64,000 nt of DNA, from the NCBI GenBank assembly GCA_009923445.1, contig RFTN01000001.1, positions 99,975 to 163,974 of the forward strand, read 5' to 3'. The translations under genes and the position numbers were made by a program. This stretch comes from a bacterium (GTDB lineage: Bacteria; Patescibacteriota; Saccharimonadia; Saccharimonadales; SZUA-47). Shown piece by piece: positions 1 to 8,255 of this stretch. The notes beneath the pieces were generated by a model, which worked only from the letters and a program-made list of their open reading frames with translations, was not told where the DNA came from and searched no databases. How positions within the stretch are numbered: position 1 is the stretch's first letter; every line of letters begins with the position of its first letter.

Positions 1-1
1 T

Positions 2-664
2 CAAAACCCGTGCCAGCAGCACCAGTCCAATAAAAAAGAACTCACTAACAAAACTGTAGTATTTACTAAAGGCGGTGGTAGTGCAGATGCAAATAACGTA
101 ACCGTTTCATCTACAGCATCTGAAAAGTTAAATGGTACTTGTACATATCTGTTCAAGCTTGGTAATAGCCAGGTTACGGAATCGGTAAAAGTCAATAATT
201 CACAAACATGCAGTATAAATATTCCAGTATCAAGGTTTCCGAAAAACGGCGAATGGCAATATACAATGACTTACAAATCAAATGATGGCACAACAACCGG
301 GGGTAGCGCAAATCCGGGTATAATATATCTCTATGCTGAAGAGCCACGTGCAATCAGCTTCTCGAAAGGTGGAGCAACTGACTCCGTATCGGAATCTAGT
401 CCCTTTAATGCAAGCTTTAAACTGAGCGAAAGTCCTCAATCTGGTACCTGTGAGCATTGGTTTTATGGTTACAATAGCGGGAGTCAACTCACAAAGACGA
501 CCCAAATTAGTAATGGTGATAAATGTGAAATTACTATTCCTGTGGCTGATTTTCCGGTAAAAGACAACTATCAATACCAAGTTTCATTCACAAGCAACGA
601 TGGCAAGATCGTTGCATATATGATCTATTTCGACAAAACAAATGTGTTAACAGTAACTAAGTAA
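2..664 (+). CDS. Exported repeat-domain protein, C-terminal part (5' end lies outside the window)
   Basis: Frame 2 is open from base 2 to the TAA at 662-664; the ORF track shows it only from the internal Met at 266. It contains two tandem ~90-aa units sharing F[TS]KGG, GTC, C.I.IPV..FP and SNDG motifs. Confidence 0.6.
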   Translation, partial: QNPCQQHQSNKKELTNKTVVFTKGGGSADANNVTVSSTASEKLNGTCTYLFKLGNSQVTESVKVNNSQTCSINIPVSRFPKNGEWQYTMTYKSNDGTTTGGSANPGIIYLYAEEPRAISFSKGGATDSVSESSPFNASFKLSESPQSGTCEHWFYGYNSGSQLTKTTQISNGDKCEITIPVADFPVKDNYQYQVSFTSNDGKIVAYMIYFDKTNVLTVTK

Positions 665-980
665 CCGGAACATTGATAATTTTAGGTAATAAAGACACAG
701 ATTTATAGATGTGTTAATTATATCGTTCACAACTTTTTGGTATATACGTTTGTTTAGCTCAAATAATCCAGAGCAAATGCAGCACCATCAGTCCCTGCCA
801 GAGTCCACCAAAATAAATCCCTCACAGCAAAGTGGGGGTTTTGGTCTTTTTTCCATTTCATTTTTTGATCAAATCGATCAAACGCTATAAAAAGTTTATT
901 CTTAATACTAAATTATCTTTCGTCATAACAGTGGTCTTGTCTCTATACGTTAATTTTGATACAATCTTTTGAGTATTCAT

Positions 981-1057
981 GCGGGTTTAGCTCAGTTGTT
1001 TAGAGCGCATCCTTGCCAAGGATGAGGTCGAGAGTTAGAGTCTCTTAACCCGCACCA
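981..1057 (+). tRNA. tRNA-Gly(GCC), CCA encoded
   Basis: Cloverleaf read by eye: acceptor GCGGGTT/AACCCGC, anticodon arm CATCC-TTGCCAA-GGATG, T arm GAGAG-TTAGAGT-CTCTT, discriminator A plus CCA; 77 nt. Confidence 0.9.
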
Positions 1058-1069
1058 AGCATAAGTAGT

Positions 1070-1097
1070 ATGACCTCAGTAAAATGAGGTCATTTTT
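1070..1097 (+). terminator. Rho-independent terminator after tRNA-Gly
   Basis: Stem ATGACCTCA / TGAGGTCAT with a 6-nt loop, followed by TTTTT. Confidence 0.7.
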
Positions 1098-1121
1098 GTA
1101 TAGATTTGGTATGATAAATTT

Positions 1122-2126
1122 ATGAAAATACAGATTGATGAATTAAAGAAAAAGGTAGTTACCTTTTTATCAGCCAACGGATTTAATGAGCAAGATGCAA
1201 ATACACTTACAGAGCTAGTTGTTGAACAAGAGTTAGTTGGTAACCAATTTAGTGCTGTTGGCGAGTTACCAGGCAAACACTCTCGATTGATGGAAGAAGT
1301 AATAAACGAAAAAGAGGAAGTTGTTGTTACTAAACCAGCTTTGAAGTTGATTAAGGGTAATGGTCGTTCAGCACCACTTATCACCGCCGATTATCTAGAC
1401 GAGGTTGTCGCTAATGCCAAGCAACAAGGTATCTATGCGCTAGGTGTTTACGATAGTACCTATAACGATTTTTTCGATATATTTTGCAGACGTATTGCGG
1501 AAAAAGACTGTATAGCTATCATTGTTGAAAATGGTGGACCACAAGGCGTTACGCCATTTGGTGGCAAGACAGATGTTACTGGCACCAATCCAATTGCTTA
1601 TGGCATACCAACAAATAAGTATCCAATAGTGTTTGATGCGGCAACTGCAATGCACGCCTATGGTCGGATTAAACAATCCAAAGAAAATAACGAAAAGCTG
1701 CCTGACAATGCTTACGTAGATAAACGAGGCAACATTACCACTGACCCAGAATTAGCCTATGCAGTTTTGCCTTTTGGTGGCTTTAAGGGATTTGGCATCA
1801 ACCTATTGATAGACGTACTAAGCGGTAGTTTGGTTAGGGGTAAAAGTGGCTTAGACCAGCCTCTAGATAGCCAACGTTACATTGGTACACTCATTATCGT
1901 GATTGACCCAGCCGCTTTTGGTGAGATTGCCGATTTCAAAGCATCTACCACTAAGCTAGCTGAGGATATTTTAACCGTTGAGCCAATAGACCAAAGTCAG
2001 CCAGTTCGTGTACCAGGTTATCGTGGAGCAAAACGACGTGAGGAATTTGAGGCGGCTGGCATAATTGAAATAAATGATAATGACTGGCAGAAATTTGAAG
2101 CTGCCTTTAATAAAGCTAGCGAGTGA
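1122..2126 (+). CDS. Ldh_2 family (malate/L-lactate/sulfolactate-type) NAD(P)H oxidoreductase
   Basis: 334 aa. The GTNPIAYGIP motif and overall layout are typical of Ldh_2 family dehydrogenases. Confidence 0.75.
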   Translation: MKIQIDELKKKVVTFLSANGFNEQDANTLTELVVEQELVGNQFSAVGELPGKHSRLMEEVINEKEEVVVTKPALKLIKGNGRSAPLITADYLDEVVANAKQQGIYALGVYDSTYNDFFDIFCRRIAEKDCIAIIVENGGPQGVTPFGGKTDVTGTNPIAYGIPTNKYPIVFDAATAMHAYGRIKQSKENNEKLPDNAYVDKRGNITTDPELAYAVLPFGGFKGFGINLLIDVLSGSLVRGKSGLDQPLDSQRYIGTLIIVIDPAAFGEIADFKASTTKLAEDILTVEPIDQSQPVRVPGYRGAKRREEFEAAGIIEINDNDWQKFEAAFNKASE

Positions 2127-3238
2127 GCGAGCAAATGACAAATCTTGATTTGGAAAAAATCAATGAAGGTATAGCCGATAGGTCGGACGTATTCTATTGG
2201 CAAACCGACCGTGCAGTTGAGCCAGAGGACGCAGGTCATATTTGGGCGGACAGGCACAGATATTTTAGCGACGGCGAACTGCTTGAAACAGTAAATTCCG
2301 CACTTGGCAATGACAAGCTATCAAGTATTGAGCCACTAGACTTGGACGCACAGACAAACCTCGGAAATGTAAATTCAGTGCGTGTCGGTACGCTTGCGTC
2401 TGGCAAAGAAGTTGTAATACGCTGTCATCCAAAAGGCGTACGTAACGGCTACTTTCACGCCGAGGCAGCAGCATCTCATCGTGCAAGAGAAGCTGGCTTA
2501 CCGAGCTTTGATACCATTGCAGTGCACGACTATGAGGGCGGTAAAGACTTTGCGTTTCACGTATTGGATAAGTTGGCTGGAACGGCTATAAAAAAGTGGT
2601 TTGAAGCCAATCCAGACGACGAAGCAAAACTACTGCCACAAGTTGGTAAGATGATGGCTAGACTACATCAAGTAAATGTTGATGGCTTCGGACCATTTGA
2701 TAACGAACGAGCAAAGAGTGGCGAGTTGGTTGGATTACATAAGACATTTGGTCAAGCAATACGTGCTGGATTGCCATTTAATTTAGATGTGCTAAATAAA
2801 GAAAATATACTGACCACAGAGCAAACGACGGCTATTACTAAGCTATTTGGCGATGACAATCCACTGCTCGCAATTAAACAAGCAGTACTTGTACATAATG
2901 ATTTTGCTGACTGGAACTTATTGACCGATGGTAATGACGTCACAGGTATTTTAGACTGGGACGAGTGTGTAGCTGGCGACGCAGTATCGGATATAGCTTG
3001 TTGGAGTACCTTTTTTGAACCAGAGCGTTTACAGGGTTTCCTTGATGGTTACTGGCAAGTTGCCGAAAAGCCAGCAGATTTTGACGATAAGTTTGAGCTG
3101 CTACGACTACGTTACGTACTTTCTAAAATGACCTTGCGAATACGTCGTTACTCTTGGGAACCAAGTGATTTTATGAAAGACAAAATTGAAACAGGAAAAA
3201 CACACCTTGCACAGTCAATGGAGTATTTTAAAATATGA
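2123..3238 (+). CDS. Phosphotransferase enzyme family protein (APH/choline-kinase-like small-molecule kinase)
   Basis: 371 aa, GTG start overlapping the upstream stop. Kinase-like catalytic loop VLVHNDFADWNLL and metal-binding GILDWDECVAGD. Confidence 0.75.
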   Translation: MSEQMTNLDLEKINEGIADRSDVFYWQTDRAVEPEDAGHIWADRHRYFSDGELLETVNSALGNDKLSSIEPLDLDAQTNLGNVNSVRVGTLASGKEVVIRCHPKGVRNGYFHAEAAASHRAREAGLPSFDTIAVHDYEGGKDFAFHVLDKLAGTAIKKWFEANPDDEAKLLPQVGKMMARLHQVNVDGFGPFDNERAKSGELVGLHKTFGQAIRAGLPFNLDVLNKENILTTEQTTAITKLFGDDNPLLAIKQAVLVHNDFADWNLLTDGNDVTGILDWDECVAGDAVSDIACWSTFFEPERLQGFLDGYWQVAEKPADFDDKFELLRLRYVLSKMTLRIRRYSWEPSDFMKDKIETGKTHLAQSMEYFKI

Positions 3239-3780
3239 AGCTGTACCGATTTAGTCCAATAGAAAACAAAGAACAACTTCTAGAGGCAGTGAAGCACATA
3301 CATTTTGCCTGTTACGAGCTATGCAAGCAGTCGTTTGGTGATTATTTGCCTAACGCAGGAAATATGGGCGTTTTTTGCCATTATGACGACGAGTTCGAGC
3401 AGCTAGTTGCAATTCGCAAAGAAATGACCGAGCCATCAGATAATCCAGAACAAAAGTATTTTGCATTATACGAACCTATTGTCATACCAGCTAAAGACGG
3501 TGTTCCACAGGCCGAGTACACCCACTTATATATTCGTAAACCAGACCCTTATAGGCACCACGTTGGCGATGTTGATTTTTACCTAGAGCCTGAGCAGTAC
3601 GATGAACTAAAACAGTTGTTACTTAGCGGTAAACAGATAAAAGGTGCAAGGGTATTTCCTCGTAACGATTTAGATATGGTTGAACTTTACGACCCTAATA
3701 TAGATGTGCTTGGTTATGTTAGTACGAATACGATGTCCGAAAAGGTACGAGTTAAGCTATCCGAGGAAACAAACTTATGA
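3235..3780 (+). CDS. Hypothetical protein (operon member)
   Basis: 181-aa ORF with ATGA overlaps to the genes on both sides; no motif recognised. Confidence 0.6.
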   Translation: MKLYRFSPIENKEQLLEAVKHIHFACYELCKQSFGDYLPNAGNMGVFCHYDDEFEQLVAIRKEMTEPSDNPEQKYFALYEPIVIPAKDGVPQAEYTHLYIRKPDPYRHHVGDVDFYLEPEQYDELKQLLLSGKQIKGARVFPRNDLDMVELYDPNIDVLGYVSTNTMSEKVRVKLSEETNL

Positions 3781-4340
3781 AAACAGCAATTCTTTTGCAC
3801 GGTACTGGTGGTAGTAGCGAGAATTATTTCTGGTTTGCAGATACTAAGAAATATCTTGAGGCTAACGGTTATGAAGTTTGGTGGCCACTTTTACCAAACA
3901 CGGAAAAACCTGAACTACAAGAAACAATGCACTACGTGGAACAAAACCTACCTACAATAAATGAAAACACAATTATTATCGGACACTCGTCTGCTTGCCC
4001 TTTGATTTTGCATATAGTGCAGTATTTTAAGGTAAAAATTAAGCAGGTTGTACTAGTTGGCGGTTTTTATAAGTCGTTAAATGATGACGGATATTCGGAC
4101 TTGATGTTGCCAAAGAGTTTTGACTGGGAAGTTATAAAGTCAAAAGTTGACGAAATTATACTGATTAACTCTAATAATGACCCATGGGGTTGTAACGACA
4201 TGCAAGCACGTGAACCTGCGATTAAGTTATCGGCCACGCTTGCTATAGCCAGCGGACAGGGGCATATGGGTTCATTGTCATACAACCAGTCGTATAAAGA
4301 GTTTCCGCTATTAAAACGACTCCTAAGGGTTAAGCAATAA
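3777..4340 (+). CDS. Alpha/beta serine hydrolase (YdeN/RBBP9-like)
   Basis: 187 aa. N-terminal ILLHGTGGS, nucleophile elbow IIGHSSACP, C-terminal GHMG, as in small Ser_hydrolase-type esterases. Confidence 0.7.
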   Translation: MKTAILLHGTGGSSENYFWFADTKKYLEANGYEVWWPLLPNTEKPELQETMHYVEQNLPTINENTIIIGHSSACPLILHIVQYFKVKIKQVVLVGGFYKSLNDDGYSDLMLPKSFDWEVIKSKVDEIILINSNNDPWGCNDMQAREPAIKLSATLAIASGQGHMGSLSYNQSYKEFPLLKRLLRVKQ

Positions 4341-4427
4341 ATGAGCAAGCACACAATCGTATATTCTCACGGCTTTGGTGTCCGCAAAGACGATAGGGGT
4401 TTGTTTACGGACACCCCACTATTGTAA
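4341..4427 (+). pseudogene. 28-codon remnant resembling an alpha/beta-hydrolase N-terminus
   Basis: ATG directly abuts the previous stop. It encodes MSKHTIVYSHGFGVRKDDRGLFTDTPLL then TAA; IVYSHGFG is a typical oxyanion-hole strand of alpha/beta hydrolases. Confidence 0.35.
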
Positions 4428-4485
4428 AAGTATTGGACTAAAGTTAGTAGCTGCGTGTTAAAAGTCGTATTCTATAGACAGAGTT

Positions 4486-5052
4486 ATGAAACTAGATAAT
4501 AAGATCAATAAAAGTACCATCTACATTTCTTTTTATGATGCTAGTATCAATAAAGTTGTACCAGAGTATATACCAACTGAGACTACTCGGTTTGGCTTAT
4601 GGTTTACAAACAAGCTGAACGATATGTATTTACGCTTTGGTATACAACTTAACTACTGGAACCTCAGACATTTATTAGATTATGAGATGCGTAAAACTGA
4701 AGACCTTTTGTTTATTATTCATGTGATTGAAGATCATGATGGTATTGCGCCAACAAGACGCGAAAGAAAGTTCTATACAAAAATAAAAGGCCTGTATGGC
4801 AATGAAATGGAGCAACTGATTAAGCCCTACATTACAGAAAAGAAAGAGCAAGACCCGATAGTGCACCCTTATTATTTGGCGTACAAGAAACGTTGGCTAA
4901 GACCTAAAGACTCTCAGGCTAAGCGGTTTTATCATGGCATGGATAGGTATGATCTAGATGTGATGTTTGAAACCTTAATAAATAGGATTAAAACCGAGAG
5001 TAATAACTATAAGTACAAAAAAGCTTACTATAAGCGAATGCTTAAAAAGTAG
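4486..5052 (+). CDS. Hypothetical basic protein (AT-rich islet)
   Basis: 188-aa ORF, Lys/Tyr-rich; no recognisable motif. Confidence 0.5.
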   Translation: MKLDNKINKSTIYISFYDASINKVVPEYIPTETTRFGLWFTNKLNDMYLRFGIQLNYWNLRHLLDYEMRKTEDLLFIIHVIEDHDGIAPTRRERKFYTKIKGLYGNEMEQLIKPYITEKKEQDPIVHPYYLAYKKRWLRPKDSQAKRFYHGMDRYDLDVMFETLINRIKTESNNYKYKKAYYKRMLKK

Positions 5053-5216
5053 TAGTACTATTTAAACACCTTAAAATTGTAAACAAGTTGTCTTGTGAGA
5101 TTAAGTTGCCACAAAGACGGAGTTATCTGTTAGCTTTAGCTTGTAATGCGACTGCAATATCTACGATTCTATGCCATTGTAAAGCTGTTTAAAATTTTAC
5201 TTATGCTAGTCTACTA

Positions 5217-5555
5217 TTATCCAAAGTGTTTACTAATAGCTATATCTTTAAACTTGTACTCCATTACTTTTTTTTCTTCTTCAGTTATACCTTCGTTAAA
5301 TCTCGAGTGGCCCATATAAACGTCAATTTCATACGGATCATAGTCAAAAAGTTGATATCCGGCAATAGCACTTTCCCCTACTCGTCTGGCTATTACCAGA
5401 TCGTAGTTAGATTTTTCTATGTACGATTTAGAACTCTCTATAGTTAATTCATCAACTTCACAAGACCTTAAAATAGCGTCTAATTCCACAGGCGGCCCAT
5501 CACCTTCTCTATAATTACGTTTAAGATCGCTTAAACTTTGATATTCAAAATTCAT
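5217..5555 (-). CDS. Hypothetical acidic protein (AT-rich islet)
   Basis: 112-aa ORF; no recognisable motif. Confidence 0.45.
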   Translation of the reverse strand: MNFEYQSLSDLKRNYREGDGPPVELDAILRSCEVDELTIESSKSYIEKSNYDLVIARRVGESAIAGYQLFDYDPYEIDVYMGHSRFNEGITEEEKKVMEYKFKDIAISKHFG

Positions 5556-5949
5556 ATAACACTGCTCCCATTACAACTATTACAATTAAACTATAATGCT
5601 TTAACATAGCTAATATCAATAACTTCCAAACAATAATTACAAATTAACATGAGATATAGAGTTAATTATTTAATTGAGTAATTCTATTATAATTAAGATG
5701 TCAAGCTATAGAATTGAACATATCATTTCTAAAGTAGTAAAAGTGGGGGCTATTTATTATTATCTCGAGTTGGGCTATTTTGAAGTCAACAATAAATGCT
5801 CCAAAAAATGACTCTTTATCAATAAGTCTCGTTGATTAAATTGGCAAACAGCAGGGATTGAGTTCAGGCTTTTTCTTGAAAATAGGTCGAGCTAAGTTAT
5901 TAAACTCCACCATTACGACCCAAACGATTATGAAATAGTATAGTTTCTA

Positions 5950-5980
5950 ACAAAAGAGGCTCCAATGTGCCTCTTTTGTT
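5950..5980 (-). terminator. Rho-independent terminator downstream of hsp20 (bidirectional shape)
   Basis: Stem AAAAGAGGC / GCCTCTTTT with an 8-nt loop, with A/T tracts on both sides. Confidence 0.7.
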
Positions 5981-5997
5981 ACGCCACGTCAATATTG

Positions 5998-6423
5998 TTA
6001 CTTCTTTTTACTTCTTACTTCTATTTTCTTTGGTTCAGGTAGTGGTGTGAGTGGAACGCTTACTTTTAGAACGCCATCATCTAAATGTGCTTCAATTTTA
6101 TCGGTATTAGCACGTTCTGGTAATGCTACTCTACGGTAGAAGCTACTTGAGCTTTCGCGTACCACGTACTTCTTGCCTTTATCTTCTTCTTTCTCATGAC
6201 GTTCAGCACTAACTATAAGTGCATTACTATCTACTTGTATATTTACGTCCTTTTGTTCAAAGTTTGGTAGATGTGCCTCAACTATCATCTGGTTGTTTTT
6301 TGTGTAGACATCAGTGGTTGGGATATTTACGCCCTTAAATGATGACAAAAAATCATCACCAAAGAATTGTTTTTGTAAAGAACTTAACTCTGCGAATGGA
6401 TCCCACTTTACTAGATTGCTCAT
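5998..6423 (-). CDS. Hsp20/alpha-crystallin family small heat-shock protein
   Basis: 141 aa. The alpha-crystallin domain pattern is present (SAERHEKEE...FYRRVALPE...A.LDDGVLKVSVP). Confidence 0.9.
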   Translation of the reverse strand: MSNLVKWDPFAELSSLQKQFFGDDFLSSFKGVNIPTTDVYTKNNQMIVEAHLPNFEQKDVNIQVDSNALIVSAERHEKEEDKGKKYVVRESSSSFYRRVALPERANTDKIEAHLDDGVLKVSVPLTPLPEPKKIEVRSKKK

Positions 6424-6485
6424 AATATATTCTCCTATCGTTAGTTAGTTAACGTGGCGGAGAGCGCATACGGCTCTGTACATTT

Positions 6486-6514
6486 ATTGTAGTAAATTAG
6501 CACTATACTGTCAA
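6486..6514 (-). promoter_or_regulatory. Sigma70-type promoter of hsp20
   Basis: Minus strand reads TTGACA, 17 nt, TACAAT. An AGGAG Shine-Dalgarno (SD) sequence follows, with a 7-nt spacer before the ATG. Confidence 0.6.
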
Positions 6515-6523
6515 GAGTGCTAG
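6497..6523. promoter_or_regulatory. CIRCE-like inverted repeat (HrcA operator)
   Basis: TTAGCACTA-N9-GAGTGCTAG against consensus TTAGCACTC-N9-GAGTGCTAA (8/9 in each arm). It lies about 75 nt upstream of the hsp20 start and overlaps the -35 box. Confidence 0.75.
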
Positions 6524-6676
6524 TTATGTAATTAGATTGTAAGTTTAGTTAAACATCACTGCTAGATACTTAAGGTTATAATCGTTTTTGGCGTCTAGAG
6601 CTGATGTTAGTGATGCTTATGCTTTGTTGTGCTGTATAAGCATTAACGAATAGTATGCTGTAATTTTTTATTTTAA

Positions 6677-6705
6677 TTAGGTAAATTACGCTCAAGCGGT
6701 ATAAT
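6677..6705 (+). promoter_or_regulatory. Putative promoter of the small Cys-rich gene
   Basis: TTAGGT, 17 nt, TATAAT; an AAAGGAG SD follows with a 6-nt spacer before the ATG at 6744. Confidence 0.45.
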
Positions 6706-6743
6706 ACAACAAGCTAAGTAATATAAGTCAAAAGGAGACGAAC

Positions 6744-6935
6744 ATGGCTACAGGATATTGCGTTAAGTGTAAAGAAAAAGGCGTAGAATTATCAGGTGCA
6801 GAAGTCGTGCAGACTGCTAAAGGTGGCTACATGGCCAAAGGTAAGCACGCAGCATGTGGAACAACTGTTTGTGCAATGATGTCTAAGGACACTGCAGAAA
6901 AAGCTGTAGCAGACGGCGCGACCAAAGCTTACTAA
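6744..6935 (+). CDS. Small zinc-ribbon-like protein (DUF5679-like)
   Basis: 63 aa with C..C (CVKCK) and a later C...C (CGTTVC) pair. It has a good SD and is followed by a terminator. Confidence 0.6.
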   Translation: MATGYCVKCKEKGVELSGAEVVQTAKGGYMAKGKHAACGTTVCAMMSKDTAEKAVADGATKAY

Positions 6936-6958
6936 TCTTTTAGTTTGCAATTATAATA

Positions 6959-6985
6959 ACCAGTCGAAAGGCTGGTTTTTATTTT
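6959..6985 (+). terminator. Rho-independent terminator
   Basis: Stem ACCAGTC / GGCTGGT (one G-U pair), GAAA loop, then TTTTTATTTTT. Confidence 0.7.
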
Positions 6986-7084
6986 TCATGTCTGGTGCTA
7001 TTAAGACAGTGAGCTATTTTAGTAAGAGCTCGTACGGTAAGTGCAAAATATTTGGCTATTAACTTGTTAGAATATTACAGGATG

Positions 7085-7381
7085 CTAACACTGCAGACAG
7101 CCTAAGCTGTACCACTTGAATCTATAACCGACAGTCGCTGTAAGAATGACTATTCCTAATGCCCGTCTAAAGTAACTATTACCCTGTGCAATCTCCAATA
7201 TAGCCCAATAGACTAAACTTGCAAAACTAAGCGCACCAGCAAGCTGCTGCCAAGTGCCAGATGGCAATATGCGTGCCAGCACAGTAAAAACAATCCAGCC
7301 AAGTAACGGTCTACTGGGAAACTGGACAATAACGACCTTGCCTGAACTATCTTTAAAAAAGTTATATATAGCTGTAATCAT
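7085..7381 (-). CDS. Hypothetical small membrane protein
   Basis: 98-aa ORF with 2-3 hydrophobic helices. Confidence 0.5.
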   Translation of the reverse strand: MITAIYNFFKDSSGKVVIVQFPSRPLLGWIVFTVLARILPSGTWQQLAGALSFASLVYWAILEIAQGNSYFRRALGIVILTATVGYRFKWYSLGCLQC

Positions 7382-7564
7382 ATAGTGACAGTATTACATA
7401 GAGTAGGTAATTACGTTCTGTCGACAGCTAAAGGCGTCTTGTAGGCATAGTACTAGGTACGCGCAAAAAGTAATCACTGCTAAAGTAAAAGACTTAAACT
7501 AAATACGATTTATATTGTAACAATAAACGGTGCGAATGAAATAACCATAACTTTGTAACTTATA

Positions 7565-7638
7565 TGGAGGCACCTACGGGTAACGCTCCCGTCTACACGG
7601 TTTTGCAGACCGTTGCCTAACTTCTCGGCCAAGGCGCC
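7565..7638 (-). tRNA. tRNA-Cys(GCA), CCA encoded, atypical T-loop
   Basis: Minus strand: acceptor GGCGCCT/AGGTGCC (one G-U), anticodon arm ACGGT-CTGCAAA-ACCGT, discriminator U (a Cys identity element) plus CCA; 74 nt. The T-loop reads AGCGTTA rather than TTCRANN. Confidence 0.75.
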
Positions 7639-7710
7639 ATATGAATATCTAATACATGGTAGCATAAATCTACAACAGGCACACACAGCAAAATATATTA
7701 ATATCAGTGT

Positions 7711-8205
7711 ATGCCAAGAAAAAAGTCATGGACAGACAAAGAATTAAAGGATGCAGTCGAGGGCTCCAAGAGCGTTAGGAGTGTAATCATTAAGATTGGG
7801 TTAGTTCCTGCAGGCGGTAATTATACTCAGGTTAATGACCGCATAAAAGCACTAAAATTAAACACAGAACATTTTACCGGCAAGGGCTGGAATGAGGATT
7901 GGGGTTTTGATCCCAGATTACCCAAAATGAAACTAGAAGATATTTTGATTGAGGGAAGGAGTCATCAAAGCCATAGCCTAAAAAAACGATTATTTATTGC
8001 TGGCTTAAAATCACCCAAGTGTGAGCTTTGCGGATGGTGCGAGGTATCTGTTGACGGCAGAATACCAATAGAACTAGATCATGTAAACGGCAGGCACGAC
8101 GATAACAGGATTGAAAATTTAAGAATACTCTGCCCAAATTGCCATAGCTTACAAACTACACACAGAGGAAGAAATAAAAAAAGTCGCTATAAATATCGTA
8201 AATAG
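7711..8205 (+). CDS. HNH endonuclease (free-standing homing-endonuclease-like)
   Basis: 164 aa. HNH/zinc motif CELCGW...ELDHVNGRHDDNRIENLRILCPNCH. Confidence 0.85.
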   Translation: MPRKKSWTDKELKDAVEGSKSVRSVIIKIGLVPAGGNYTQVNDRIKALKLNTEHFTGKGWNEDWGFDPRLPKMKLEDILIEGRSHQSHSLKKRLFIAGLKSPKCELCGWCEVSVDGRIPIELDHVNGRHDDNRIENLRILCPNCHSLQTTHRGRNKKSRYKYRK

Positions 8206-8255
8206 GTAAAATACTGATATAATTCATCTGTAAAACACTTAAACAACAAAAGCGC

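Noticed and set aside
1-195. 64-aa minus-strand ORF at the window start.
   Set aside because: It overlaps the plus-strand frame that is open from base 2 and carries the repeat-domain protein. It has no motif support.
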